61,617 nucleotides of DNA from a virus (lineage: Duplodnaviria > Caudoviricetes). The notes under the pieces are model-generated. The model saw only the letters and a list, made by a program, of their open reading frames with translations. It was not told the DNA's origin and made no database searches. Each line of letters begins with the position of its first letter. The stretch's first letter is position 1. The stretch is from the IMG/VR virus record IMGVR_UViG_3300037755_000275, positions 1 to 61,617 of that record, one strand, 5' to 3'. The translations under genes and the position numbers were made by a program. Below, piece after piece: positions 37,941 to 47,381 of this stretch.

Positions 37941-38552
37941 CTACTGGACACCACGGGCGTGCAGGCCGTCCAGCAGCAACTGGAGCAATGCCCCGGTGCC
38001 GCCGACCGCGCCCGCCGCCAAAGTCAGGTTGTTCCCGATCAGAGCCGCCGAGAAATTCATCTTGTTCTCAATGACAATCGGGATGGCCAGCTTGTGCATG
38101 GCCTCACGCGACGGGTTACCGTTGTTGTAGGTGGCCTCGTCGGTGATCGAGCTGAAACCGTGGATGCCGCCCCCGGCATTGTAGAACCAAGGCGGTCCCT
38201 GGTTATACGGTTTGTCACCCAGGACAAACGAGATGGCAAAACCGTTGACGATGCCCAACAGGTCCGAGCGGAGAATGTTTTCCGCATACCGGAACCGCAT
38301 TCCCAGGATAGAGAATGCCTGAGGGGCGGCCAACTCGTTAGCCGTCCTCATGTTGGTTTGCGCCAAAGTCTTACCGGACGCCGGACCCACAGACGTGTAG
38401 AACGCGCTGTTGGTCGTGGTGATCGTGGCGGCGGCGTTGTAGGTCACGGTGTCCCACAGAGGCTCATGCTGCACGTCCATGCGATTCTGGACATACGTTT
38501 CGCTCTGAAAGGACTCAAAAATCATCTGTTGCTGCGGAGTCATCGGATTCAT
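37941..38552 (-). CDS. Candidate major capsid protein (vertical single jelly roll)
   Basis: EPLWDT...GKTLAQTNM...PQAFSILGMRF...IPIVI..NFSAAL..LLLDG. Own RBS, flanked by structured intergenic regions, directly after the Arg-rich core gene. Confidence 0.6.
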   Translation of the reverse strand: MNPMTPQQQMIFESFQSETYVQNRMDVQHEPLWDTVTYNAAATITTTNSAFYTSVGPASGKTLAQTNMRTANELAAPQAFSILGMRFRYAENILRSDLLGIVNGFAISFVLGDKPYNQGPPWFYNAGGGIHGFSSITDEATYNNGNPSREAMHKLAIPIVIENKMNFSAALIGNNLTLAAGAVGGTGALLQLLLDGLHARGVQ

Positions 38553-38682
38553 TTGTTTTTCCTTTTCCTCACTTGACAGAACAACGCGGGGGAGATCGGG
38601 GGGCCGTTCATGCCCCCCTCCCGCCGACCGTGGGCTATGGACTTGAGACCACAGCTACAGTCGCTTTAGATCCAGCTTGGAC

Positions 38683-39492
38683 CTAGAAAGCCCTCCCAAA
38701 GGCTCTGGACACACCGTTCATGGTGACCGGCGCACCGGCTCCATAGGTGCCATTGGCGGCCACGGGAATCGGACGCCCGTAAGCCGGATAGTTCGCCTGG
38801 TTCGGGTTCAACGGGTTCTGAGGCACCGGGTAGGCACCGGGAACCAGATCACCGAGACCACGCATACCCTGAAGGGCAAGCTGCGAACCAATGGCCGGGA
38901 TGAAGGCATTGAGCAGAACCGAACCGGCCTGCATCAAGCCGCCAAACCGGACAGCAGCCCCAAACTGACGATTCCACAGACCACCCAGCCAACCGGCCGC
39001 GAATGCCGCCCCAATGGATGACAAAGAGGCCATGATTGGCGTGGACTTGAGATTGGCCGGCAGTGCGTTGGAAATGAACTTGGTGGCGGTCACACCGACC
39101 AGACCACCGAAGATTTCCTGCACCTGCCCAGCCATTGCCCCACCGAGCTGGTTACGGCGGCGGCGGTTGCTCCTGCGGACCACGATACGGGTAGCGTTGC
39201 GTCGTCGGCGGCGCGGGGCAGCCGAGATACGCCGTCGCGTGCGTCGTCGGGGTCGCGCCGTGTAGGAGGCATTCCGGCGGCGCGTCCGACGTGCGGTAGT
39301 GCGCTTTCTGCGTTTCTTCACTTTCGCTCTCCTTGGATTGAGTGCCCCGAGCGTAATGACCCGGAGCGGGTTTTTCGACCGGCTACGGTGGCGGGCACGT
39401 GTGGCCCGTTTCCGTCTCGTGGCCGAAGACTTTGACTTTCGACGGCGGCTCACCGGGTTGGCAATCCGCCTGACTCGAATGATGCGTTGCAT
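38683..39492 (-). CDS. Arg-rich DNA-condensing core protein with C-terminal membrane domain
   Basis: About 115-aa protamine-like N-terminus with NP/RRRN motifs; hydrophobic helices; MRGLGD. Confidence 0.7.
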   Translation of the reverse strand: MQRIIRVRRIANPVSRRRKSKSSATRRKRATRARHRSRSKNPLRVITLGALNPRRAKVKKRRKRTTARRTRRRNASYTARPRRRTRRRISAAPRRRRRNATRIVVRRSNRRRRNQLGGAMAGQVQEIFGGLVGVTATKFISNALPANLKSTPIMASLSSIGAAFAAGWLGGLWNRQFGAAVRFGGLMQAGSVLLNAFIPAIGSQLALQGMRGLGDLVPGAYPVPQNPLNPNQANYPAYGRPIPVAANGTYGAGAPVTMNGVSRAFGRAF

Positions 39493-39588
39493 GTTTGTCT
39501 GTTACTCCTTTCAGTCAGGCTCCATTACCGGGAGCCACGGAAAGAAATTCGATTACGTGACTTGTGCCACGTGTCACTTGTTCCGTAC

Positions 39589-39915
39589 CTAGCGCCCGAT
39601 GGAATGTGGACGCTGTACGTGGACCCGCACCTGCGGCGTGGCGCTCTGGGTCGCTGACGTGGTGGTCCGGCCCAGCACAACATTGGTGGTGTTGATACTG
39701 GTAAGGAACCAACCCGACGTGTTACCCACAGCGGTCAGATCCGTCAGGGTCACGATCAGCGGGGCCAGACCGGCAATACCGGCTCCGGCGGCAGCCTTGA
39801 TCGCCCCAAGTCCATGGGCAATCGTGATGGCCACGTTGGAAGCCGCATTGGCAATCACATCAGTACGGAAAAGGTCCGTCCCCTGAAACGTGTTGGAAGT
39901 ACTGGCAACAGCCAT
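39589..39915 (-). CDS. Small beta-rich virion protein
   Basis: ITIAHGLG...P..V; AGGAGA RBS. Confidence 0.55.
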   Translation of the reverse strand: MAVASTSNTFQGTDLFRTDVIANAASNVAITIAHGLGAIKAAAGAGIAGLAPLIVTLTDLTAVGNTSGWFLTSINTTNVVLGRTTTSATQSATPQVRVHVQRPHSIGR

Positions 39916-40039
39916 TGTGTTTCTCCTTTCTAAAGTGTCAATGTGGGGCCGGACGAGCCGCTTATGGCCTTAGCCGTCCCCGGCTCATTCAAGTGTGAAA
40001 GTCTAGTCTCCAATCCATCACCGTAAATGCCTCCTACAG

Positions 40040-40081
40040 CCGTGGTCCGTAGTCCGCAGTTCATAGTCCACGGTCCATGTC
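40040..40081. repeat. Heptamer array of CYRYRG-like units (others near 1614-1692, 9932-9979, 11999-12041, 34658-34690, 38628-38660)
   Basis: ccgtggt ccgtagt ccgcagt tcatagt ccacggt ccatgtc. Confidence 0.75.
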
Positions 40082-40082
40082 G

Positions 40083-42302
40083 TCAGTTCACAATCCCCTC
40101 AGGACGTACTTCGTACTGGCCGCCGGACACGGATAACAGGTGGTTGATCGTGTCATAGTTCAATACGGGCTTTTGTCCTGTCACTTCCCCCAGCTTGTGG
40201 AAGTAGTCAATCAGCTCAAACTTGTCAAAACCCTTCTCTGTCCTGTAGGTCACCACCTGGAGTACGCCCAGGGCCATGTGATCGCGTACCCAGTCCCGGC
40301 CTGACATGCCCAGTTGACTTAGGTCCACGTACTGTGAGCCGCCCTCAAAGTACAGTTGGCGTCCATCAGGGGATGAACACAGCATGATGACGTTGCGGCC
40401 GGATTTGGGGAACTGGAGCCGCACCTTTTCATCCGTCATCAGGTGTACGTCCAGTTCAGCCAGTTCGCCAAGTTCGGCCAGGTTGTCACGCGATGAGATC
40501 ACGGTACGGACTTCGGTGGTTTGCTTAGGACCACGGCCATGGAACTGTTGATAGAGCTGGTCGGCGTCCTGCATGGTGGCAGGGTTAGGATTACGTCGCC
40601 TTCCCCTACCACGCCTTGGACTTTCATCCACAAACCAGTTGCTAAGCAGTCCGTCCAGGTCCTTGTATGCTGCCGTGCTGCTGATCTCTGGGTGTGCCTT
40701 GGAGAACTCTTTTGACGCCCACAGCATTTGCTCATACCGCCCACTTTTCCCAGTCCCACTCAGTGGCACACGAGCCAAATGGTAGAGATTCACCAATTCA
40801 CCAGCGTCCTTAGGGTCGATGAATCGGGGTACATAACGGTCAGGGTTGTTTCCACCCCGTGTCACTTCTCCAGGGTTCCCATTCCCATTCCGTTTGAATT
40901 TCCTTAACGCCTTCCTCGTCGCCGTAATCCCAATACCCCTAGCCCGGCCATTGACCTTCCTCGGCACGCCACTCAGCCTCAAATCCCCCTCATAGGCCAT
41001 CAGCCACCTATCAGCCTTCTGGTAAGTGTCAAACACCTTGATAGGCTTCAGGCTTTCCCCATATACCCCACTCTCATCAAACGGCATCACAGCCCACTTG
41101 CCAGGACTGCGGAACTTGATGACCTTCTCGGCTCTGGCGTTCCAGTTGTTCCACTTGATGGTGCCGGCGCTGGGGTCCACGTCACCAACACCAATATCCT
41201 TGCCGTGCGTGCGGCTGATGGTGAAGCGGAGATATTGAGGGTCCTTCTCCACCTTAGACTTGATTGCCTTCAACAATTCCGCCGTGGTGTCACCGTGGAT
41301 GTAGCCGTAGCCGCCTGAGGTATAGCGATCAGGCCACTGGGCAATCAGTTTCTTCCCGGTGATGGAGTTACGGCGTCGGCGCTTGATCCTACTCCTGTCC
41401 TTATGGGTCCACGCATCATAGAATCCGCGCATAAACTCAGTGCGTTTCTTTCCATATGATCGTGTAGGCTCCCCGGCCCGTCCCCACATAAACTCAAACT
41501 GCTGACCCATCGTAATGTCAGGGTCTATAGCGATCCCGGTATCAGCACCACGGCGCTCCTGTTCCCCATGGGAGTAGCCAGCGTCATACCAGTTGACTGC
41601 TGTGGGGTTACGGCGTCCGGGCTCAGGCCACAGCCGGTTGAACTCACGGGCGGCCAAGTCGTAATCATCCTCATTCCACTTGGTACGGCCTGCTTCCCTC
41701 ATCTGACGATTGGCAGCATCCGTAGCCGCCGCACGGGCCAATTGCTGAGTCATGGCAGGCCGTGGATTCAACTCTTTACCAGTCGCCCTCCAGAAATGTG
41801 CCGCCTCCCTCAAATATTCTGCCTCCCTCACCTGTTGGCTGTCCGTGACCCCGCTCTCCTGGTCATAGGACCGGCGCTTCAGCATTTCCGCTGCCCACTC
41901 AATACCCTTTTGCCGATTGCCAAACATCTTGGTCCCTTCAGCAATAAGGTGTGAATGCTTCTGCACTATGTGCTTGGTACGTCCCCGGTAATGTGGCTCA
42001 TCCATCAGGTCAGTAATAGATGGGTTCCGCCGTGTGCCTTCCACATGCTCCTGATGTCCTGGAGACTCCCAAACCGTTTGTCTTCTGTTGGGATCAAATA
42101 CCTCAACCGGATGCCCAGTCCGCTTGTACTCCTTCTTTCCAGCAGCAACCGCCTTAGCCTTGCTGTCAAATGTCATCCGCACTGGTAACTGGTTAGGGTC
42201 ATCCAAGTCATAGCGCGTGACCTGATAGGAATAACCACGATGCTTGCGGGTCGTGGGTTCCCCGTAAGCATTCCGCCTCCGTCTCTGTACCCTACGCGCC
42301 AT
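40083..42302 (-). CDS. RRNP-punctuated modular basic protein (739 aa)
   Basis: Modules separated by RRRRNA, RRNP, LNP, RRNP, RRRRNS, NNP, RRRNPNP. C-terminal domain YQQFHG...YFHKLGE..P...GGQY..GIVN. Confidence 0.75.
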   Translation of the reverse strand: MARRVQRRRRNAYGEPTTRKHRGYSYQVTRYDLDDPNQLPVRMTFDSKAKAVAAGKKEYKRTGHPVEVFDPNRRQTVWESPGHQEHVEGTRRNPSITDLMDEPHYRGRTKHIVQKHSHLIAEGTKMFGNRQKGIEWAAEMLKRRSYDQESGVTDSQQVREAEYLREAAHFWRATGKELNPRPAMTQQLARAAATDAANRQMREAGRTKWNEDDYDLAAREFNRLWPEPGRRNPTAVNWYDAGYSHGEQERRGADTGIAIDPDITMGQQFEFMWGRAGEPTRSYGKKRTEFMRGFYDAWTHKDRSRIKRRRRNSITGKKLIAQWPDRYTSGGYGYIHGDTTAELLKAIKSKVEKDPQYLRFTISRTHGKDIGVGDVDPSAGTIKWNNWNARAEKVIKFRSPGKWAVMPFDESGVYGESLKPIKVFDTYQKADRWLMAYEGDLRLSGVPRKVNGRARGIGITATRKALRKFKRNGNGNPGEVTRGGNNPDRYVPRFIDPKDAGELVNLYHLARVPLSGTGKSGRYEQMLWASKEFSKAHPEISSTAAYKDLDGLLSNWFVDESPRRGRGRRRNPNPATMQDADQLYQQFHGRGPKQTTEVRTVISSRDNLAELGELAELDVHLMTDEKVRLQFPKSGRNVIMLCSSPDGRQLYFEGGSQYVDLSQLGMSGRDWVRDHMALGVLQVVTYRTEKGFDKFELIDYFHKLGEVTGQKPVLNYDTINHLLSVSGGQYEVRPEGIVN

Positions 42303-42342
42303 TTTTATGATTAAAACTCCTGCCCCGTGTCCCGTATACCGG

Positions 42343-45008
42343 CTACCGTTTCCACAGCCCCAGGACTATGGCCCCCAACGCCCCACCAATGACCAAGGTC
42401 TGTAGGTCAAGGCCCTGGACAAATTCACCCACGCCGGCACCCAGGACAGGGGCACCGTTCACGTAGCCCGTAGCCGTGTCACTGGCCGCAGCACCGTTGG
42501 TCCCTTGGCCGCTCGTATCCCCGCTGCCACCATCCCCGCCACAGCAACAGCCGGACATGCCAGCCCGCAGAGCCCGGATCAACGGGTTACTGGGCACTGC
42601 CAACCTGGACGGCATCAGGTCCCCGAACTTGGGCACGTAGCCGATGTCCCCGGCGAAACCATATGGCATCAGCGCACGGGACTTGTTATCCACGATGGGA
42701 TTCTGTGGCACGACAAAGAAGCCTGGGATGAGATCCCCGAATCCTGGTGCCGGATGGTGGTTGATCCACATAGTTTGTTTCTCCCTTACCTTCGTCCCTT
42801 ACCTTTTGGCCAAGACCACTACGCCGAAAATCGCCGCCCCGATCAGAAACATGGTCGTATAGTTGATTACTGGTTTCGTACCTGGCTCTGGCGGCTTGCC
42901 AGTGACCAGAGCCCATGTGCTATAGGCAGAACACATTTCCGGGTTGGCTCTGCAATAAGCCGCTACTGACTTGTCACCAGCCTCAATCGCCCGCTGACGC
43001 ATCTCAGGAGTCATCGCTGGCCCAAAATCAGCCGCCTGACACTTGGATGGGTCAATTGGCAAACACTCGGCTACCATGGCACCTGCTTGGCCAAGGTAGT
43101 CACACCAGGCCGGTGATGGAGCACAGGGGTTCGTCTCCCTCTCACTGGGCCACAGCGGGATGTACTGATACCACGGTGTCTGACCCATGCCACGGTTGGC
43201 TGTCCACCTGTGCATGGCGTCATGGTCCAATCGCTCGAATTTTGAAATCAATGGCATTCGTTACTTTTTCGTCAAAGTGCTCAAGGCCAGTAGGCCGACC
43301 AAAGATCCCGCAATCAGCAACCAGTTGTCATTCACCCAGGCCAGGGCCGTGTCCGGCGGTCGTGGCGCTAATGGTGGCTGCCCACCTGTCACCGTAGGCG
43401 GCGGTGAAAACAGAGACGGCAGCATTCCCCACCACTGGTCCTCAGCGCGGGTGACAGGTGTACCGGCTTGGATCAACGGAACGTTGGCCATCCAGTCCAC
43501 GTTGCCCATCGCAGTACGTGGATCAAATACACGCCCCATGCCGTCCATGTCCATCACCGGGATCTGGTCGCAGTCTTTGGCACCCGGTGGCACTTGCAGA
43601 CTGGGCACGATTCCTGGCCTGTTGATCGGGATGCGTGACTCCACAATACGGACCACTTCCTCCGGCTCAAAGTAGTGAGCCAACAGCGTGTAGTTCGGAT
43701 TGTTTTTCACATGCGGAGGTATTTGCATCGTCTGTTACCACTTGACCTGTAGTGCCTCTATTTGCTCTACTTCCTGTTTGCATTCTTCATCTGTCATCCC
43801 AGGGTCAGCTTGAACGGCCCAGCCATCGTACAGACCATCTTTGGTGAAGTAATGGACGATGGGCTGTTTACCGGGGGCGCGGCACACGATGCTATCAAGT
43901 TCCTCCCCGTCTTCCACGTAGGAACCGTCCGGTATGTACAGCACACGGTTCAGGTCCTTGTTTCCACCGTCACCAATAACCTTGAGGTTCATCACTTGCC
44001 CTTTCGCAACAGCACCCAGGCCAGCACGCCGCCGATGGCAAATGGTGCCAGCCCTTCTGTCATGGATATCCCAGGACAGTCCTCCAGGTACACATCCGGG
44101 GATGGTGCCCAGTCCCCAAAAGTCCGCGTACCGATGTCGGCGGCCAACGGCCCGTAGTCGGCCGGTCCCGGAGGAGGCACCAGTTGTGCCGGGCATCTTC
44201 GCCAGTCAAATATCACCATTTAGTTGCCCCCTTCGTAGAGACTTGCCTGTTGGCCCCACCAGTTGACTCCGGCCATGCCGTTGCCATTGACCCGGCCAAG
44301 TCCCATGGGACCCTTGACCATGGCCCACCACTGGTCAATCGTCAGTGGTGTGTTCTGCACGTCGTCTACGCCCAGTGGCTTTCTTCCCAATTTCGTGGCC
44401 TGCCACAGTGACTCCGGCACAGCAAACGGGTCCACGGCGGGCAGATTCGCTGGCAGATAAAAGTTCCATTGCCAAAAGTGCAGCTCCCCACCATTGGCAG
44501 TGGCCTCACCCTTCGCTGCCTGCCACACCTGGTCCTTGACGTTGCCGCCGCCGGACTGTCCGCCGCCCACGGTATTGCTGCCAACCTGTTGCCCAGCATC
44601 ATTTTGTTGGCCCGGCGTCTGGCCAGTGGTATTGGTAATCGGGACCTGTCCACCATTCGATATGGGGGCAACGTCGCTGGCCAGTCCCACGTAATCTGGG
44701 ATCATGCCCTCGCCTACTGCCCACCTGTAACCGAAGTAGATGGCCGCACCGATGGCCGCGTACTTGACCACCCCGCCCATGTCGCCCATGCCGCTTGTTT
44801 TGGCCATTCACTTCCCTTTCTTTTTGCTGCCTGTTGCCACAAACAGGGCTGCCCCTGCCAACAAAGCCAACAATGCACCTGCACCAATAGCCCCACCACT
44901 ACAGGAACCACAGGCCGTGGCAACCGATTGCACAGCAGCCATGCTGGGAACTCCCAGCATTCCGTAGCGCAATCCCTGACGTACTATGTTTGGCAACTGG
45001 GCTGTCAT
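42343..45008 (-). CDS. Cluster of seven small proteins, mostly membrane-anchored (42343-42771, 42799-43257, 43261-43728, 43735-43992, 43992-44219, 44220-44807, 44808-45008)
   Basis: Tightly coupled ORFs. Five end in a TM helix plus K/R tail, one has an N-terminal TM, and 43735-43992 is soluble and acidic. Confidence 0.7.
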
Positions 45009-46138
45009 TTCTTACTCATCACCATGTAGCCGCCGACTGCTGCACCGGCCCATACCCACCAGGGAAGGTCACCCAAGGCACCAAACAGTCCACCATCCCC
45101 ATCCCCAGCCGGAGCGCCAACACCCGTGCCAAAGTATCCATAGTCCGTAACTGCCGTCACTGTCTGGCCATCTCCTGACACCACACCCTCACCGACAAAG
45201 AATCCCGGCGGCACCTTCAGCGCTTCCTGCACCATCTCCAGACTGGAATTGGCGTTGTAGGCAATGGCCGCCCGCCAGCTTACCCGTCCATCGGACCGCT
45301 CAATATCCAACCCCTTGACCAAGGACTGCATCAACTGTTGGCGTAACTGTGCCCCCTGCTGAGCTACCGCCGCAGCATCTTGTTGAACAGTCACAGATCC
45401 ACCAGCCGCAGCATTGACAGCCGCCGTGATTGCAGCCTGGGATTCAGGAGTCCCAATAGCCGAGGTGGGTACTCCCTGCTGGATTGCCGCCGCCGTGGCC
45501 TGTGTCCTGGCCGCCGAGGTAATTGCCGTCCCCGGATTCAGGTTGATGGCATAGGCCCCATGCTCATAGGGTCCGCCGTCAATCGAACACATCATGGTCG
45601 GGTAGTTCAAACCACCCGGCACATTAGACGGATACACCAACTTGCAATTGACCGTGTGCCTGGTCTGCTGAAAATACTGCTTGGCATAGTCACTGAGCGG
45701 CTGTGCCATCTGCTGCTCAACCGACATGGAGGCATAGTCGGAGGCGGATGCGCTGGACTGTTGCACCACTGACTGTGGCGACTGGCAATAGCCGTTGTGC
45801 CAGACACGGCCTGGGCTGCACCGGCAACCGTCAGGACCCTCCGGCCCGGTATAGGCAGCAGTACGCCCGCTTCCCTCAGGGCAGTTGGCCCCAAGACTAC
45901 CAATGCCGTTGTACCGAGTCGGCAGAGCACCGGGCCAGTCCAGGTAGCTCAGCCAGTTCCACATGGGCACGCGGTCCATCTGGGCACGAACCTGGGCAAA
46001 CTCATCCGGCAGCACACAGGCTTTCCGCACCCGGTCCCACACGTAGGGATACGGACACAGCGCACGGGACTGTTGCCCCACCGCGCCGTTGTTGAACGCG
46101 CCCGCCTGTTGCGCCTCGTTGACCTTTACGTGTGCCAT
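45005..46138 (-). CDS. C-terminally anchored membrane protein with Cys-rich modules
   Basis: CPYPYVW..AC, CPEG...CRCSPG..YC; WWVWAGAAVGGYMVMSKK. Confidence 0.7.
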   Translation of the reverse strand: MAHVKVNEAQQAGAFNNGAVGQQSRALCPYPYVWDRVRKACVLPDEFAQVRAQMDRVPMWNWLSYLDWPGALPTRYNGIGSLGANCPEGSGRTAAYTGPEGPDGCRCSPGRVWHNGYCQSPQSVVQQSSASASDYASMSVEQQMAQPLSDYAKQYFQQTRHTVNCKLVYPSNVPGGLNYPTMMCSIDGGPYEHGAYAINLNPGTAITSAARTQATAAAIQQGVPTSAIGTPESQAAITAAVNAAAGGSVTVQQDAAAVAQQGAQLRQQLMQSLVKGLDIERSDGRVSWRAAIAYNANSSLEMVQEALKVPPGFFVGEGVVSGDGQTVTAVTDYGYFGTGVGAPAGDGDGGLFGALGDLPWWVWAGAAVGGYMVMSKK

Positions 46139-46178
46139 GATCTGTGGTCTCAGTTCGTTTTAATCACTAAACTCCAGG

Positions 46179-47381
46179 TCACATCTGCAATGCCACGAAA
46201 GCCAGCACTCCGGCAATCAGCAGTGGGGTGAGATTGCCCATGTCACCAGTGCCCTGGGTCCGGTACACCGTTTGACCTGTCACAGGGTCCACTTCGGCTA
46301 CCAGGCCGGGATCAGGGACCACATCCGGGTCATTGGCGATTGGGTCCCTGTAGCGTGCAAACCAGTCCCACTGGCCACCGGGTTTGCGGTCGTCAATGCA
46401 CCATTTACCGGGCGTGCCCATGTCAGGGATGCCGCAGGACTTGACCACGTAGTCCCAGCCGGCGTCAAAGTTTTGTAACGCCTGGTATTGGGATGAGACC
46501 GTGTGGGGGCCGGACATGTAACCAGCCAGGTTTTGCTGCATCATGGGCTCTACGCTGTCCACAATTTCAGTGGTGGCGCGTTTCTGGCCCGGCTTCTTGC
46601 GGCTGAATAGGGCCATGAGTCCAATGGTCACGCCTGCTACGGCCAGACCAATGGGACCACCGGCGGCGGCAAGCCATACGGAGCTGGATGCCAGGGAGCT
46701 ACCTGATGCAATGGCGGCGGATGTTACTGCCAGACCTGTGCCCACAGCAGCCTGGGTTGTGGAACCACCAGACGGTAGACGGAATCCGCCCTGGGTTGTC
46801 TGTCCCTGTGTGAAGTACTCGGAAAGATCCTGACCAAGCCCACCTAGTCCGTTCTGTGTCTGGTGGAACGGCTTGGGGTCAACGTAGATGAACTTGTCAT
46901 AGCCGACCACGCCACGGTGTTCCATGGGACGGGATAGGGCCTTGGCCGCTTTGTCAATCCGTGCCTGACGTTCCAGCTCCTCAAGCTGCGGGTCCGTGTT
47001 CATGGCCCGGAGCGCCCATTCCGTACCCATGCCGATGATGACGCCTTGGGTGATGGGATCAAGGAAGCCTAGGGAACCAAGGGAGCCATCACTGCGGCGG
47101 TAGACGCCACGGGCTGCGGCCGGCGCTGGTTGGCCCACGTGACTGAGTAGCCAAGCCGTGTCCTGCACACGGGAATTGATACCAGAGAATGCGCCAGGGT
47201 GACCATGGCGGCGGCGCTCACGGACACGGCGGGATGGCGTGGCGTCAGCACTGGCGGGCTGGGCTACGTGGGACAGCAGCCAGGCTGTGTCCTGCACACG
47301 GGAGTTGATGCCACGCACACCACGGCCGGGGGGACGTGAGACGTGTCCACCAAGAGCCGATCTGTAGGAGGTTTGTTGCAT
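46179..47381 (-). CDS. Membrane protein with an internal repeat and Gly/Ala-rich hydrophobic segment (entry protein candidate)
   Basis: GINSRVQDTAWLLSHVxQPA twice; AAAGGPIGLAVAGVTIGL; C-terminal TM. Confidence 0.65.
   Translation of the reverse strand: MQQTSYRSALGGHVSRPPGRGVRGINSRVQDTAWLLSHVAQPASADATPSRRVRERRRHGHPGAFSGINSRVQDTAWLLSHVGQPAPAAARGVYRRSDGSLGSLGFLDPITQGVIIGMGTEWALRAMNTDPQLEELERQARIDKAAKALSRPMEHRGVVGYDKFIYVDPKPFHQTQNGLGGLGQDLSEYFTQGQTTQGGFRLPSGGSTTQAAVGTGLAVTSAAIASGSSLASSSVWLAAAGGPIGLAVAGVTIGLMALFSRKKPGQKRATTEIVDSVEPMMQQNLAGYMSGPHTVSSQYQALQNFDAGWDYVVKSCGIPDMGTPGKWCIDDRKPGGQWDWFARYRDPIANDPDVVPDPGLVAEVDPVTGQTVYRTQGTGDMGNLTPLLIAGVLAFVALQM

Noticed and set aside
9932-40081. Heptamer arrays or the dispersed motif as a CRISPR array
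   Set aside because: There are no 23-47-bp repeats with regular unique spacers and no cas genes.
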